Shown here: one piece after another, positions 24,536-37,878 of the stretch
Layout: each line of letters begins with the position of its first letter
Position numbering within the stretch: position 1 is the first letter of the stretch
Source of the DNA: Octopus vulgaris
Taxonomy: Eukaryota
DNA: 64,000 nt
Assembly: GCA_951406725.2 (NCBI GenBank)
Contig: OX597825.1
Location: 34,596,001 to 34,660,000, forward strand
Reading direction: 5' to 3'
Notes under the pieces: model-generated
Told to the model about the DNA's origin: nothing
The model's input: the letters and a program-made list of their open reading frames with translations, nothing else
Databases searched by the model: none
Made by a program: the position numbers and the translations under genes

Positions 24536-25849
24536 CCATTTAGAGATGATAGAATTGGGTGGAGAAAATTTATCAAGGTTGAACAATAATGTAAGGGATG
24601 TGTTTTATGTGTGAGGGGTAAAATTGGAGTTGAATCAAAAAAACAACAAAGCAGCAGAGATCCCTTTTGGTTGGTAAGCAGAGAATATGTTAATTTACCA
24701 AAAATTGTGGATATGTGTTTGGCAAGAGACCAAAAAGAATATTTGCAAGGAAGAATGAGGGACTGTTTTGTTAGCTGCATTGTCAAAGACTTGTTTTCTT
24801 TTTTTCTTCTGGTCATTTGCCAGAAAAATTCTTTTGTCAAAGGTTGTGAGTGGATTTTTAGAATTGCTATATGGTCACAGTATGAAAATTTTTTGTACTT
24901 TGTTTGAATATCTGTTTTTAAGGTGTAGCTAATATGCAAGGGCATAGCAAAGAGACTGGGAATTAGATTAAGAGATAGGTTGGGTTGAGAAAATAACAAA
25001 GGCTAACATATGTTGTTGTATTATAGTTATGTAAAGTGTATATTATAAACTGGCAACTGGCATAAGATGTAAATGGAGGGTATATAATGTACAGGTAGTA
25101 ATCTTCATTCCTTCAAATTGTTTACCACACAAAACTTATTCATCCCTTCACCATTCTTGATTTGAAAATATTTTAAAATACTCTGGTTTGCATCCTTCTT
25201 CCTTGAACTTTATGGTAAAAAAAATACTGTAAATGTTTTCTTCTTTGAGTTTAAAATTTAAAAAGTGAAACAGATGGAGAGGATTTAGAAAATATATTAT
25301 ATTTTATTTAAAATTAATTCTACAATTAAGAATTGGGTACCAAGTTATAGCAGTAAGTTCTTGTTGAATATAATCTATGACCCAGTTTTGATTCTCATCT
25401 CTTTTACTTACTTAGACCAACCATTAAGGCTTATGGTAAAGTTATCAGCATTGCAAATTCTCATATTGCTTCCTCTGTTTGTCTGAAGCTTCCTCTTATT
25501 AAGTCAACAGTTATATCTGATTCTTTTTTAGATAATCTTATTATTTAAGATATGATTTTAATTATGACTGCACTGGGTATAAAATTAATTTTATCAAAAA
25601 TCTTTTCTTTATTTAAAACAACAGTTGGTATTCTAATTTATATATACTCTTCCTATTTTTTTTTTGTTTTTGCTTCTTGCCACTGATATTTCAACATCTT
25701 TTTTTCTTCTTTGTTGGATATATACGTATCTATATTTTTGCCTCATTTTCTTTTCTGAATATTAAAAGCATAAATCATATGTTTCTTAAGTCATCAGTGG
25801 TAATATTTTGCATTGCCTTTATTATTATTATTATTATCATTTTCATCCT

Positions 25850-27085
25850 TACAGCAATATAGCAGAGTTGTTAGCATTTAATACAAAATGTTATTGGCAT
25901 TTCTTCCAGCTTTTTGTTCTGAGTTCAAATTCCACCTAGGTTGACTTTGCCTTTCATCCTTTTGGGGTTGATAAAATAATCATCAGTTGAGCACTGAGGT
26001 CAATGTAATTGGCTAGCCCCTCCCCACAAAATTTCAGTCCTTGGGCTTTTAGCAGGAAGGACTATTGCTTTCATCCTGGATTTGATAAAACATTAGGGTC
26101 ATTTTAACCAATATACTTCCTTCAAATTTGTCCCCATGTGTTTAAGTGAGAAATCATAGTTAGTAATATTATTAGGATGACAGTGAAGGCGCATGGCATC
26201 TTGGTTAGGGTATTCGGCTCACAAGCATAAAGCCATGAGTTCGATTCTAAGTGGTGTGTTGTGTCCTTAAGCAAGACACTTTATTTCATGTTGCTCATGT
26301 TCACTCGGCTGGTAGAAATGAATAGAACCTGTATTCTAAAGGGTCAGTCTTGTCACATTCTGTGTCATACTGAATCTCCCTGAGAACTATTTTAAGGGTA
26401 TGCATGTCTGTGGAGTGCTTAGCTACTTGTATGTTAATTTCATGAGCAGGCTGTTCCATTGATCGGATCAACTGGAACACTTGTTAGAATTGACAGAGTG
26501 TCAATATTAGGATGACAGATTGACAAAATGCCTTGTGGTATTTGTTGCAGCTCTTTGTGTCCTGTGTTCAGATCACACTAAGGTGGACTTTTCCTTTTAT
26601 CCTTCTGGGCCTAATAAAATTAAGTGCCACTTAAGTACTGTGGTTAATAATATTAACTACCCACCACAAATATGAGCCTTTGTTAGAAGCGTTATTATTG
26701 TTCACATATTTTGTACATTTTTTTAAAATTCCATTTCCCACTCCTTTTTCTTCCTTCCTCATCTTTTTATGTAACCCCACACAAATCACACAAATTGTAA
26801 ATCTGTCCTTAATGCTCGCATCTGATGCATCTGTGGCAAATAAAAGAAGTTCTTCTTTTTCCTAGTAGTAGTAGTAGTAGGCAATGTGCTGGCAGAATTG
26901 TTTGCACACAGGGCAAAATGCTTCACAGCATTTCATCCATCTTTATGTTCTGAGTTCAAATTCCACTGAGGTCAACTTTACTTTTCATCCTTTCGGAGTC
27001 AATAAAATAAATACCAGTTGAGTACTGAGGTTGATGTAACCCCTCACTCAAATTTCTGCCCTTGGGCCTACAGTAGATAGGATTA
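25850..27085 (+). mobile_element. SINE cluster: OR-like copies (25850-26065, 26510-26700, 26880-27085) and a different tRNA-derived SINE (26187-26503)
   Basis: GAGTTCAAATTCC B-boxes with 'gactttgcctttcatcc'; the 26187 copy has GGCGCATGGC..TGGTTAGG and GAGTTCGATTC. Confidence 0.8.
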
Positions 27086-27090
27086 TTATG

Positions 27091-27150
<60 letters not shown>
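27082..27150. repeat. (ATT)n microsatellite
   Basis: Directly visible. Confidence 0.97.
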
Positions 27151-27355
27151 TTTATTTATCATTTATTATTGATGATGATGATGATGAACTAGCAAAGTGT
27201 GTCTTGAATGATTTAATGAATGAATGAATGAATGCATTTTAAAAATTCAAAGGAGTAGATTAGTTGAAATTGAATAAAATTTTATGGAAGGGTTATCATC
27301 ATCATCAGCAGCAACAATAGTATTTCAATCAGTAATGGTAGTAGCAGTGATAATA

Positions 27356-27388
<33 letters not shown>

Positions 27389-27583
27389 GAGGGGATAGCA
27401 GCAGCAGCAACATACAATAGCAGTAGTTTCTCTTTCCTTGACTCTAAAATAGAAGTAGTTGCCAAGGAGTTTGCTGCTAACATATTTGCCAAACATATGC
27501 TGTTGGCCCCTTTACACAACTCAGTCACAAGTGTTGGTTGTGGGTATGCTCTATACCCTGAATAGAATGGCATATATATACAT

Positions 27584-27638
<55 letters not shown>

Positions 27639-28214
27639 CACATGTATATTTATTTATTTGTTACTAGCAGGTGACTATGTTCAAAATAAACTTTGAAAAA
27701 CAAAGAAAGAAACTCAAGCATCAAACATCTGTGCTTCTATATTAGTTTGTCTTTAAGCTTCTTTCTTACCTTTTTTTCACTTTTTATGAAGAAATCTTAG
27801 CTAACCAATCTCTCCAAATCCTGCCACAATTTCTATTCCTAGAATAGAATTTATGTTTTCTGTTACCTACTTTCTTTCTAATCTCTCTGCAGTGAATGTT
27901 TGTGATTCTCTAAGATCAAATTTCTTCCTCTGATCTTTCAGATAGTTTGTTCTGTCTGATTATTCTGGTCAGTTTTCGTTTCTTACTAAACTATTTTTAT
28001 TGGTTATATCAATGCAAAAGTTCACACATATCTATTTATCTATCTATGCACACATACACACACACACACACACACAACAATTGATCTCAAGTACAATTAT
28101 TTTGCTTTAACTTTTTTTTTTTTCTGAGCATTTCTGTGAATTTATTTAACCTTTTACATTGATTAATCCAAGATGAATCTCTTAAAAACAAACAACAAAA
28201 ACAGACGTCAAGTA

Positions 28215-28725
28215 GGTGCACACATAGTTGTGTGGTAAGAAGTTTGCTTCCCAACCATATGGTTCCAGGTTCAGTCCCACTGTATGGCACCTTGGGCAAG
28301 TGTCTTCAACTCTAGCCTCAGGCCAACCAAAGCCTTGTGAGTAGATTTGGTGGGTAGAAACTAAAAGAAGCCCATCATATGTCTATCTATCTATTTATCT
28401 ATCTATCTGTCTGTGCATATATGCTTATGTACATACATACCTCTTTCTCATTTGGCAAGGAATCTTGAAATATAACTGAACAATGACATACATGTGTGTG
28501 CGTGTGTGTGTGTGTGTGTGTGTATGATTGTGTTTGTCCCCCAGCACCACTTGACAACTGCTGTTGGTTTGTTTGTGTCCCTGTAACTTAGCAATTCAAC
28601 TAAAAGAAACCAATAGAACAAGCATATCAGGCTTAAAACTAAATACTGGTGTTGATCTGTCCAGCTAAACTCTTCAATGCAGTGCCCCAGTATGGCTGCA
28701 ATATAATGACTGAAACAAGGAGAAG
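28215..28725 (+). mobile_element. OK-like SINE with expanded internal microsatellite
   Basis: Head 'tgtgtggtaagaagtttgcttcccaaccatatggttccaggttcagtcccactg'; tail 'aatgactgaaacaag'. Confidence 0.85.
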
Positions 28726-30809
28726 AATAACTAATGTTTATGAACTTAACCCAATCCATTCCTAGAACTGAGGAAATTGCTTGTTTCTAAGTTTTGTTAA
28801 AAATTCTGTTGTAATGCACAGTGATTATCTTATTGGACATTTTCAGATTTTTAATTAATTGTGAAAGTTTTAATGTGAATTGATAGTCCCTCTCCTTAAC
28901 TTCATCATCATCACTGTTTAACTTCTATTTTCCATGCAGGCATGGGTTGGATGATTCAGCAGAAGCTGGCAAGCCAGAAGACTATGCCAAGCTCCAGTGT
29001 CTGTTTTGGCATGGTTCTACTGTTGGATGCTCTTCCTTATGCCAATCACTTTACAGCATGTACTGGGTGCTTTTTTTTTTTTTTTTTTTGCAAGGCACTA
29101 GGGAAATCACTAAGCAACTTGCAAGACAAAACCCCTTAACTGAGAGTTATGTAGTATTGAGGGAGGTAACTTTATATCAGGTGATGAGAAGTTGAAGTTC
29201 AATAGAGGGACAGAAACAGGTGTCTTGCTGTAGAGGAGATATAGGGGTACCTTCAAGTTACAAGAAGATAAATATAAAAGTTGTAATATAAATTGTTCCT
29301 TCTACTTATCTATTTAAAAAAAAATTTTTTTTTTACAGTATATAAATCAGTTCTATAAATATTTGCTTATAATATCTTACTGTTCAAGATTGTTCTTATA
29401 ATGTTCAATACTAAGGCATTTTCAGCTTTTGCTTACTTTTGTTGACAGAAGTGTAGGCTTTTCTAATATTTTTGAACTTGCAATGACCGTTCAATTCAAG
29501 AATCAGATTTAACCAAATGAAATTTTAATGGTCAATTATGATCGAAGCTATTTGTTTTTCATAGTTTGACATTTTGCCATCGTTACTTACTAATTATAGT
29601 TTCTTTTCATTGAAACAAGAAAAAAGGATTTAATTAGTTAAATCCAGCCAGTTTATTACTGATGTAGAAAACTTAGAGTTAAATTAACCATGTCTGTGTG
29701 ATGGTGAAGTTTGCTTTGTTTCCACATGGTTCCAAGTTTGATGCAGCTGTGCAGCAACTTAGGCCACTATTTACATCTTACTAATAACTTCAGGTAGACT
29801 CATGCTTTATGAATGAATCTGATTAATCAGAAAAACTGCAGAGGCCTGTCAGGTTGTACTTGTCCTCTGGAGGTTGATTTTAATCAGTCTTCCAATTTAA
29901 CTGTTAGGTTCTTTCAGCAGAACCCATTCTGTTGTAAGCATTTGGACCATGTCTTCAACCAGAAGATATATTAATATACTGTTGACAACTATAGCACACC
30001 AGTGTGTCAATATGTGGGTTGTAGTTTCTTCTTCCTTTGCCTCTTGACCAGTCTTGGAGGGCCTGCAACAGATCATAGCCAACATCCCTCCTTCTTTGAT
30101 TTAGGTAAAAAAAATGCATAATTTAAATTTAAAATTATGAGGCACTGAATTAGTTACCATGTTTATTAAAATTATAAAAAAAAATATTAACAAAACATTA
30201 GAAAGTGAGTAACTGGAAATCAATATTTTTTGGAAGGTTGTGAATAAATAATGATGTCTTTTGATGTAGTTTTTTTATGTTAAATTGGTAAATTCTTAGA
30301 CTTGATTTCTAAACTTTTTTTTTACTCATGGCACATACAGGCATGGTTGTGTGATTAAGAAGATTGTTTCCTAACCACATGGTTATGGGTTCAGACTCCT
30401 TGTGCAGTGTAGCACCTTGGGCTGAAGGATTTCTAATATAGACCCCAGAACAAACAAAGATTTGTGAGTGAATTTAGTTGATAGAAACTGAAAGAAGCCT
30501 ATCATATGTTTGTGTGTGCGTATGCGTAAGTCTGTCTTGGTTTACATCCACACTCTCTTGTATGAAAGTGATAATGTTCAAATGGCTATTGCACTTCTGT
30601 CAGTAAATCACCTACTCATTTCATGCTTTCAAAGCCTTGTGGTACCTCGTAGAACAAGTGATCCTTCATTTGCAAAACAGATAATGTTAGTTAATGTTAA
30701 TAACGGTATCCAGCTATAAAATGATGCCTTGATAATATATTCATCTTACCCATATTTGTATGGAAAAATGAGCATATAAAAAAATCAACTTTGTGCATAC
30801 ATTTTATAA

Positions 30810-31165
30810 TAAACGGCATGGCTGTGTGGCAAGACGCTTGCTTTATAATCAATGGTTCCAGGTTGAATCCCACTGCATGGCACCTTAAGCAAATATCTTC
30901 TATTGTAACCTCGAGCCAAACAAAACCTTGTTAGTGGATTTAGTAGATGGATCTTAGAAGAAGCCTGTCTTGTGTGTGTGTGTTTGTCCCCCACCACTGC
31001 TTGACAACTGGTGCTGGTATGTTTATGTCCCCATAACTAAGAGACAAATAGGTATGTGCCAAGCTTAGTACTTGGGACAATTCATTCAACTAAAAATTTT
31101 TCTCCAAATTAGTGTCCCAGCATGCCTGCAAGTCTAATGACTGAAACAAGTAAAAGATAAAAGAT
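30810..31165 (+). mobile_element. OK-like SINE
   Basis: Head 'ggcatggctgtgtgg' to tail 'aatgactgaaacaagtaaaagataaaagat'. Confidence 0.85.
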
Positions 31166-31918
31166 GTAATTTAGCCTATAAATATAAATAATTTAAATTA
31201 TAGAAAATTAAGTATTAACTTCATTATTTGATGTGAAACGCAAAGTTGAAATATGAGTTTGATCATATTTTTTTTGGTAATGTTTTCTATATTTGAATGT
31301 ATTTGGGGTAAACTTGCCCTCTTACATTTTCAGTGTACTTGCTAATGAAGTCTCTCTCTTTTTTTTTTTTTTAATTTGATTTTCATTTAGTAAGTGAGAA
31401 AAATCCCAATTGATTTAGACCTGATGCCAAAAACTGAATCAAAATAGATAAAGTGTCTTTTTTTTTAGTTCCTGAAAAGTACTTTTATCAGTACAAATGC
31501 ATAAAAATTTTAGATTTAGATTTCCAGTTTGTAGTTTTCATATATTTTTAAAAATATAATTTTATTTTCACAGTGCACCTTGCTACATCTCACAGTACAC
31601 TTATATGTCATGGTACACCATCTGAAAATACCATTGCACTTGGTAGACATGATTTTTTGAGCTTTCAAGTATATAATTTCCTTCTTTCAAAGAAGGAAAT
31701 TATATTTCCTTCTTTGGAAGGAAATATAATTTTAAATGCAGGGCATTACCCAAAATACTCATTTTCATATCTCCTCATGGCAAACTTTACCAAATAATTT
31801 TTGCTAGACAGATTACATCTAATTTCTTTAGATTCTTAACTTACTGAAATGAAAATTTAAAATTTAGTCTTAGAAATGAATATATTTCCATTCTTCATTG
31901 ACTACTTTTATTTAAAGT

Positions 31919-32134
31919 GTAACTCTTTAGCATTCAGATCACTCTGTCAAATGTAATGCTTATTTGTTCACATTGTTTTCAATTAATCATGCATTATTTA
32001 ATAGCTTTGAGTTTTCAATATTGGGATTGTTTATTTTTCAGAATGACATTGTAGGGGAGGTGTGAGAGGCTGGATCTAGCCAGTATAAGTGTAAAACATG
32101 TAGAATATCTAATATTTAAATACTAAAAGGTTAA
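31919..32134 (+). mobile_element. piggyBac-like MITE family A
   Basis: Co-linear with 36633-36845; ends 'tactaaaaggTTAA'. Confidence 0.8.
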
Positions 32135-33475
32135 TCATCAGCTACTATGCTGGCTGAATTGTTTAGTGATACATGTTATTCAGAAATGTAGTCATGAAAT
32201 CTTTGTTGGTTTATAATATCCATTGTCATCAAGTCTATAGATATTAGCACTAACAGACTTCAAGAACTTGATGATTCTGGTCTTTGAATTCATAGGGGTT
32301 CCTCTTCTTAGCATTATGTCAGTTACACCTTCGTCATCTAGCTCTGTATGGGCATGGGGTATTACTTTGCTGATCTCCCAAATGCTATGCAGTATCATGA
32401 GTTGAGCAAATACAAGCAAGCTCAAACAGATGAGAGAGAGTAGATGGTCGAATGAATTGTAAATATCAGCTAATGGACCAAGAGTTTAGCAGTTTGTAGC
32501 CTGTCTCTGTATTGTGTACATAGCCAAGACACATGAGAAATCTCAATTACCAAGTTCACCTAATGATATGCTGTTGTTGCTATTGTAAGATAGCCTTGGA
32601 TCAGTTCTGCTAGAGCAGTTCTATAGGATGCAAGGAGTTAACCGAACAATATAGTACAAAGCACTAATGTATTTTCCCAGTTATACTGTGTTTCTGTGTA
32701 GATGAGTTCAGTACTGCATACTCTGACCTCAGATGAAGCATATGAGCTGTAGTAAGATGGTTTGGACATCTTGAATTCTCTCTGCTGTTCACTTTATTTC
32801 TGTTGTGGTGATAGTCGTATAGTGCCAGGTCAACTTTGAGCAAAGCAGCTCAATGGTAGCTCCATAATTAGCCAAACAACTAGGTGCAGCTTACAGATCT
32901 ATTTTTCTAATTATACCATGAGCAAGTTGTATTCTCTTCATTCTTCACCCAGATTCTGTATGTTTGGTGGTTCTGTTTTGAGGTGGCCACTGCAGAAGAG
33001 AGTAAGGAGGATTCCATTAGAGAAGTGTTACTGCTCCCCTGCATATATTATTGGACTAAGTAAGTAATGCAAGCAGAAACACTATAGACTTGACAGGTTA
33101 TTTGTTAGCTTGCTGTACTGAGTTTAGTTCCTATCATAGGATAGAAAAGTACCCAAACCAGGGGAAGATTTGTTTCCTATTTGTGTAGCACAATAGATAA
33201 CATAATTCTGATCATTATGTGTAAGAAGTTTGTTTCCCAACCACATGGTTCTGGGTTCAATTTTACCGCATGGCACTTTGGCCAAGTGTCTTCTACTATA
33301 GCCCCAGACTGCCAAGCCCTTCTGAGTGGATTTGGTAGATGGAAAGTGAAAGAAGCCCCTCATACATGTGTGTGTGTGTTACAGTCTCTTGCCTTGACAT
33401 CACATGATAGTTGTAAGCAAACGTCACAAGCATGAACGCGGTGTCTTTTGTTTTCAATCTTCCATAAAAACTTGT

Positions 33476-33636
33476 CTTTCTCTTTTACTTGTTTCAGTCA
33501 TTTGACTGCGGCCATGCTGGAGCACCGCCTTTAGTCGAGCAAATCGACCCCAGGACTTATTCTTTGTAAGCCCAGTACTTATTCTATCGGTCTCTTTTGC
33601 CGAACCGCTAAGTAACGGTGCCGAACCGCTAAGTAA
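33476..33636 (-). mobile_element. Young 5'-truncated OK-like SINE nested in an older SINE (33215-33780)
   Basis: All CpGs intact; duplicated TGCCGAACCGCTAAGTAA at the truncation point; TGTCT on both flanks. Confidence 0.88.
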
Positions 33637-34579
33637 TGTCTGGCTATAAAGAAATATTACCTTTCTTGGAAACAGGTGGAGGGAGAACATCCAGCCATAG
33701 AAAATCCACCTTAACAAATTATGTCCAATCCCTGTGAGCATGGAAAAGTGTATATTAAAATGATTATGATGATGGTAATGATATATGGTTTAGCTACTAT
33801 ATTCCGAACAAGATATTCGGAATATAATATTAAATTACTAACTCTCAGGAAGTAAGTTTATTTCCTACTGCAGGTAAAGTTACACATGTCTCTTGGCAAA
33901 GATACTTAAATTCCATGTGCCCAGTCCACTTAGCAAGAGAATAGGTTCCAGGGCATCTGGTAAAAGTTACATGTGGCAGACTTTGTTTCCCATTTGTTTA
34001 GCTTTGCCAAAACTGAACCAAAGCACTGCACCAATAAAATCTCGTGTTTCATGAATGGATTAATAATATCCTATTACTATATACAGCTTATGCTGCTGTC
34101 AAGTGTAATGCTTTCATTGTTTTACAATAATAATAAATCATGACAAGTAAACTTTCTATTTAATAACCATGCCAAACTGCTTGAAATAGCAGCTAAAAAG
34201 AGGAGGAAAGGAACATAAAATAATGTGGTTCTTAATGTACGTTGCTTGAGGGGAAAAAGAAACAGGCTTGTCACAGCTAGACTGTGTTTGACTAGAAGTC
34301 TGCTCAGTCAGAGCAAAATAACAACCAATTTTAATCAATAAATCACCAGTTAGGATCATCCCAGATAAATGGTAGCTTTTCTTTCTTTATCTTTTACTCA
34401 TTTCAATCTTGAGCTGCAGCCATGCTAGCACACTGCCTTAAAGGATTCCATTAAATAAATAAATCTCAGTACTTTTTTTTTAAAGTCTGCTATTTATTCT
34501 ATTAATCTTTTTTGCCCAACCACTAAGTCATGGAAACATATACAAAGACACACACACACATACATATACTTACACATAT

Positions 34580-34615
<36 letters not shown>

Positions 34616-35459
34616 CAGGTTTCCACTTATTTTCCATCAACCAAATTCACTCACAAAGCATTGGGTGATACCACGTGGTTTCAAAACAAGCTTCTTAACT
34701 ACACAGCCATGCTTGAGACATTTCATTTGGAGTCTTATTTTTTATTTGGAAGTTGTTGTTTAGCCCCAGGAAAGCCCTGATCAAGCAGAACTGTGGTCAA
34801 ATGCATTCAAGTTATGCCCATCCCCTCTTTTTGTTTCTCAGCATAATGTATTCTGGAATACTTATCCAATGTATCTTTTTTTTCTTACAACTGCACTGCA
34901 GGATATGATTTGAAGAAGATTCACTTACTATTTTCAGCAGATCCTTGCTTAATTGTTGTTTTCTGTATTCCAAGATCAGACCTGACTGAACATACCTATG
35001 ATCAAAGACATTCTTGCCATAACTCTTCTGTCTTTCTTGGACTACATTATCCAATGTCCTTCCTTTTCCTTTTTTAAAATACAATAGGGTGTGATTTAAG
35101 AAATTAAGCACTAAACGCTTTATCTATATGACTCATCCAAATTGCTTCAAGTTTGATGACCCAACTTCTGTACATGTTAATTATATAAAATAGGTGTATA
35201 TTCTGCATTTACTAAGCTAGTGGCACACACCCACTAAAGATAGTAAGTTTGCTTTCATAATTTTGTTCTTGCAGCATATTGATACAATCTAGTTGTAATT
35301 TGTTTTCAGATATAATAACACATTTTCAAAAACAAAGAATGAGTCAAGTTCAAGGTGTATTTTGAATACATAGCCTAAAGTTTGTATGTTTACACCTAAC
35401 CACCATAGAGCCATATAGTATACACATTTTCACATGTACAAAGTATTGTGGTGTGTAAT

Positions 35460-35950
35460 GATCATCATCATCGTTTAATATCCGCTTCCCATGCTAACAT
35501 GGGTGGGACGGTTTGACAAGAGTCAGCCAGGCAGAGGCCTACACCAGACTTCTGTGACTGTTTTGACAGGATTTTTACTGCCAGATGCCCTTCTGAACAT
35601 CAACCACTTTACAGTGTGGACTGGGTGCTTTTAAGTGGCACCTGCACTGACAGAGTCACCAAGTACTTGCAAGACAAAAATAAAAAAAACTTTTGAGAGA
35701 GGCGGGAGCATTGGAGGAAGTGATCTGGTGTCGGATGATGAAAGGTTATAGTTGAGGCATAGAGACAGAAACAGGTATCTTGCTGTAGAGGAGGTACAAG
35801 GTTACCCGGCTGGAGAGAGAAAGAGAGATCAGGAATGAAGACAGAAACAGGTGTGCTACCGCAAAGGAGATACATGGTTAACCAGTCTGAGTGAAGTGCA
35901 GGAGGAGAGAGGGAGAGAGACAGCAGGCTAGAGATGGTGGCAAAGTGCTG
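35460..35950 (-). mobile_element. RTE-tail SINE-like element with GA-rich internal repeats
   Basis: (CAT)n tail 'atcatcgtttaatatccgcttcccatgct'; 'gacagaaacagg' repeated; homologous to 28900-29250 and 36378-36520. Confidence 0.75.
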
Positions 35951-36327
35951 GGTATACGCAATGATACGAGACAGGGCAAGGGTGGAACATGAAGGTCGAA
36001 GCTGGCAGATAGCAATGATACAGTGTAACAGCGCCAAGACAACAAAATTGGGGAGTGGGAGGTAAGCCTGGTGCATGAAGTGGAAATGTGAGGAGGAGAA
36101 GAGATGTAGTTTGGTTTGTTGTGGTAGAGTGAGTGGGAAATTTTCTTGAGTTGATTGATGAAGAGTGAGTATAGTGTTCGTCATTGTACTCTTTTTCTAC
36201 ATAGGAGTACACTGATTCTGATGCTTGAAATCTTCAGAAAGGTCATTATGATACTTGAGTCAAAGCTAAAGCAGATTTGATGGCTCACAGAATGGTAAAA
36301 GTATCCCAAAGACTTGGTTGTTTGAGA

Positions 36328-37170
36328 TACTCGAGTGGGCTGAAAAGTTCATTGGCTGACTATGAAGGAGTGATATTCATCATCATCATCATCATTTAAT
36401 GTCTGTGTTCCATACTAGCATAGGTGGGATGGTACCACAAGAGCCAGCCAGGCTAAAGCCTGCACCAGACTTCTGTGACTGTTTTGGCAGGATTTTTACA
36501 GCTGGATGCCTTTCCTAATAGAGTCAGACAAGGCATGTGGGTAGAACACACAATCAGGGTCAAACAGAGAGCAATGATATTGTCGTCACTGTTACATGTT
36601 ACTACTTTTGCATAATGCACTTATGCAAAACTTTAACCCTTTAGCATTGAGATTATTCTCTCAAATGCAATGCTTATTTATCCAATTATTTTGTATTAAT
36701 CATGCCTTATCTTGAAGCTTCAAGATTTTGATGATGTGATTGTTTGTTTTTAGAATAACATTGTAGGATAAATGTAGGAGGCCAGATCTGGCCAGTCTGA
36801 ACATATTTGGGCCAGATGTGGCCTGTTTAAGTGCGAAAGGATTAAGTAATAATGCTATAAAATTTCAGATTTTATTTTAAATTTTATATATATATGTGTG
36901 TGTGTGAGTGTGTGTGCTGATAGAGATGGTGTAGCATGTGTCAAGCTACCATACTGGTATTGGAACTGTCTCTCATCGAGCACTGTCTTGCTACATGCAC
37001 AGTCCAGTTTTGCAGACAGAAGAATTTCAGATTAAAATTTCTTGTACAGCTTGGCTTTCAGTTGTTCTCCATTGGTTTTGCAGACCTGTCATAACCATCA
37101 TAGCTGTAAAAGATATATGTTCACTTGTTGATGACTTCTTCTTGATGAGTTTGTGGTATTTCTATTCAAA
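36328..37170 (-). mobile_element. Highly decayed mariner remnant, interrupted by a SINE and a MITE
   Basis: TIR-like 'tactcgagtgggctgaaaagttcattggctgac'; minus-strand NSDDNIIAL..DPDCVFY resembles SSDDDVIAAV..F..QD..FF; LKAKLYKK. Confidence 0.5.
36633..36845 (+). mobile_element. piggyBac-like MITE family A
   Basis: TTAA-CCCTTTAGCATT ... AGTGCGAAAGGA-TTAA; five copies in the window. Confidence 0.85.
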
Positions 37171-37179
37171 TAGGGACAT

Positions 37180-37550
37180 ACTCTTTTTACTCTCTTTTAT
37201 CACCTTTAGTCAAGCAAATTGACCCCAGGACTTATTCTTTGTAAACCTAGTACTTATTCTATTGGTCTCTTTTGCTGAACCGCTAAATTATGGGGATGTA
37301 AACACAGCAGCATCGGTTGTCAAGCGATATTGGGGGGACAAATACAGACACGCAAACATATACACACACATACATATATATATACATATACACAATGGGC
37401 TTCTTTCAGTTTCCATCTACAAATCCACTCACAAGGCTTTGGTCGGCCCGAGGCTATAGTAGAAGATACTTGCCCAAGGTGCCATGCAGTGGGACTGAAC
37501 CCGGAACCATGTGGTTGGTAAGCAAGCTACTTACCACACAGCCACTCCTA
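37180..37550 (-). mobile_element. OK-like SINE, near full length, relatively young
   Basis: Ends 'accacacagccactcct'; several CpGs retained. Confidence 0.9.
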
Positions 37551-37657
37551 ATAGCTTTTTTTTTGCTTTTTTCTGTATACCTGGCTTTGAATATGTTAAC
37601 ACAAATTTAATTATGTGAAATTCTCATGATTTTCTAACCCTTAACATTATGTCTCCC

Positions 37658-37878
37658 TTAACCCTTTGTTACCATATTTCTGTCAAAATACACTGCCTTT
37701 GTTTCCATTAATTTTGAAAATAATGAAGAATTTGGTGAAATGAATTTACCATTAAGCTGGTGTTTGGAACATACATTAACATGACTTTTTGACTGATGTT
37801 TTTTAATTTAGATTATTTTAAAAAGAAGTTTGCATCATACAAGGGCAGTCACAGGCAGGTTTGTATCAAAAGGGTTAA
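37658..37878 (+). mobile_element. piggyBac-like MITE family B
   Basis: TTAA-CCCTTTGTTACC ... GTATCAAAAGGG-TTAA; co-linear with 41865-42091. Confidence 0.85.

Noticed and set aside
24421-24999. Longest ORF (192 aa, minus strand)
   Set aside because: Non-ATG start, runs into an OK-like SINE, no recognisable domain
32192-32425. 77-aa minus-strand ORF
   Set aside because: Possibly a decayed RTE RT, but the motifs are too eroded to support either a TE or a gene call
33835-33880. 3-nt microexon (CAG|GAA|GTAAGT) or recursive splice site (CAG|GTAAAG)
   Set aside because: Falls in a decayed SINE head and lacks a pyrimidine tract; likely chance
35609-36184. 191-aa minus-strand ORF
   Set aside because: Overlaps a GA-rich SINE-like repeat; biased L/S/P/H composition from pyrimidine-rich DNA
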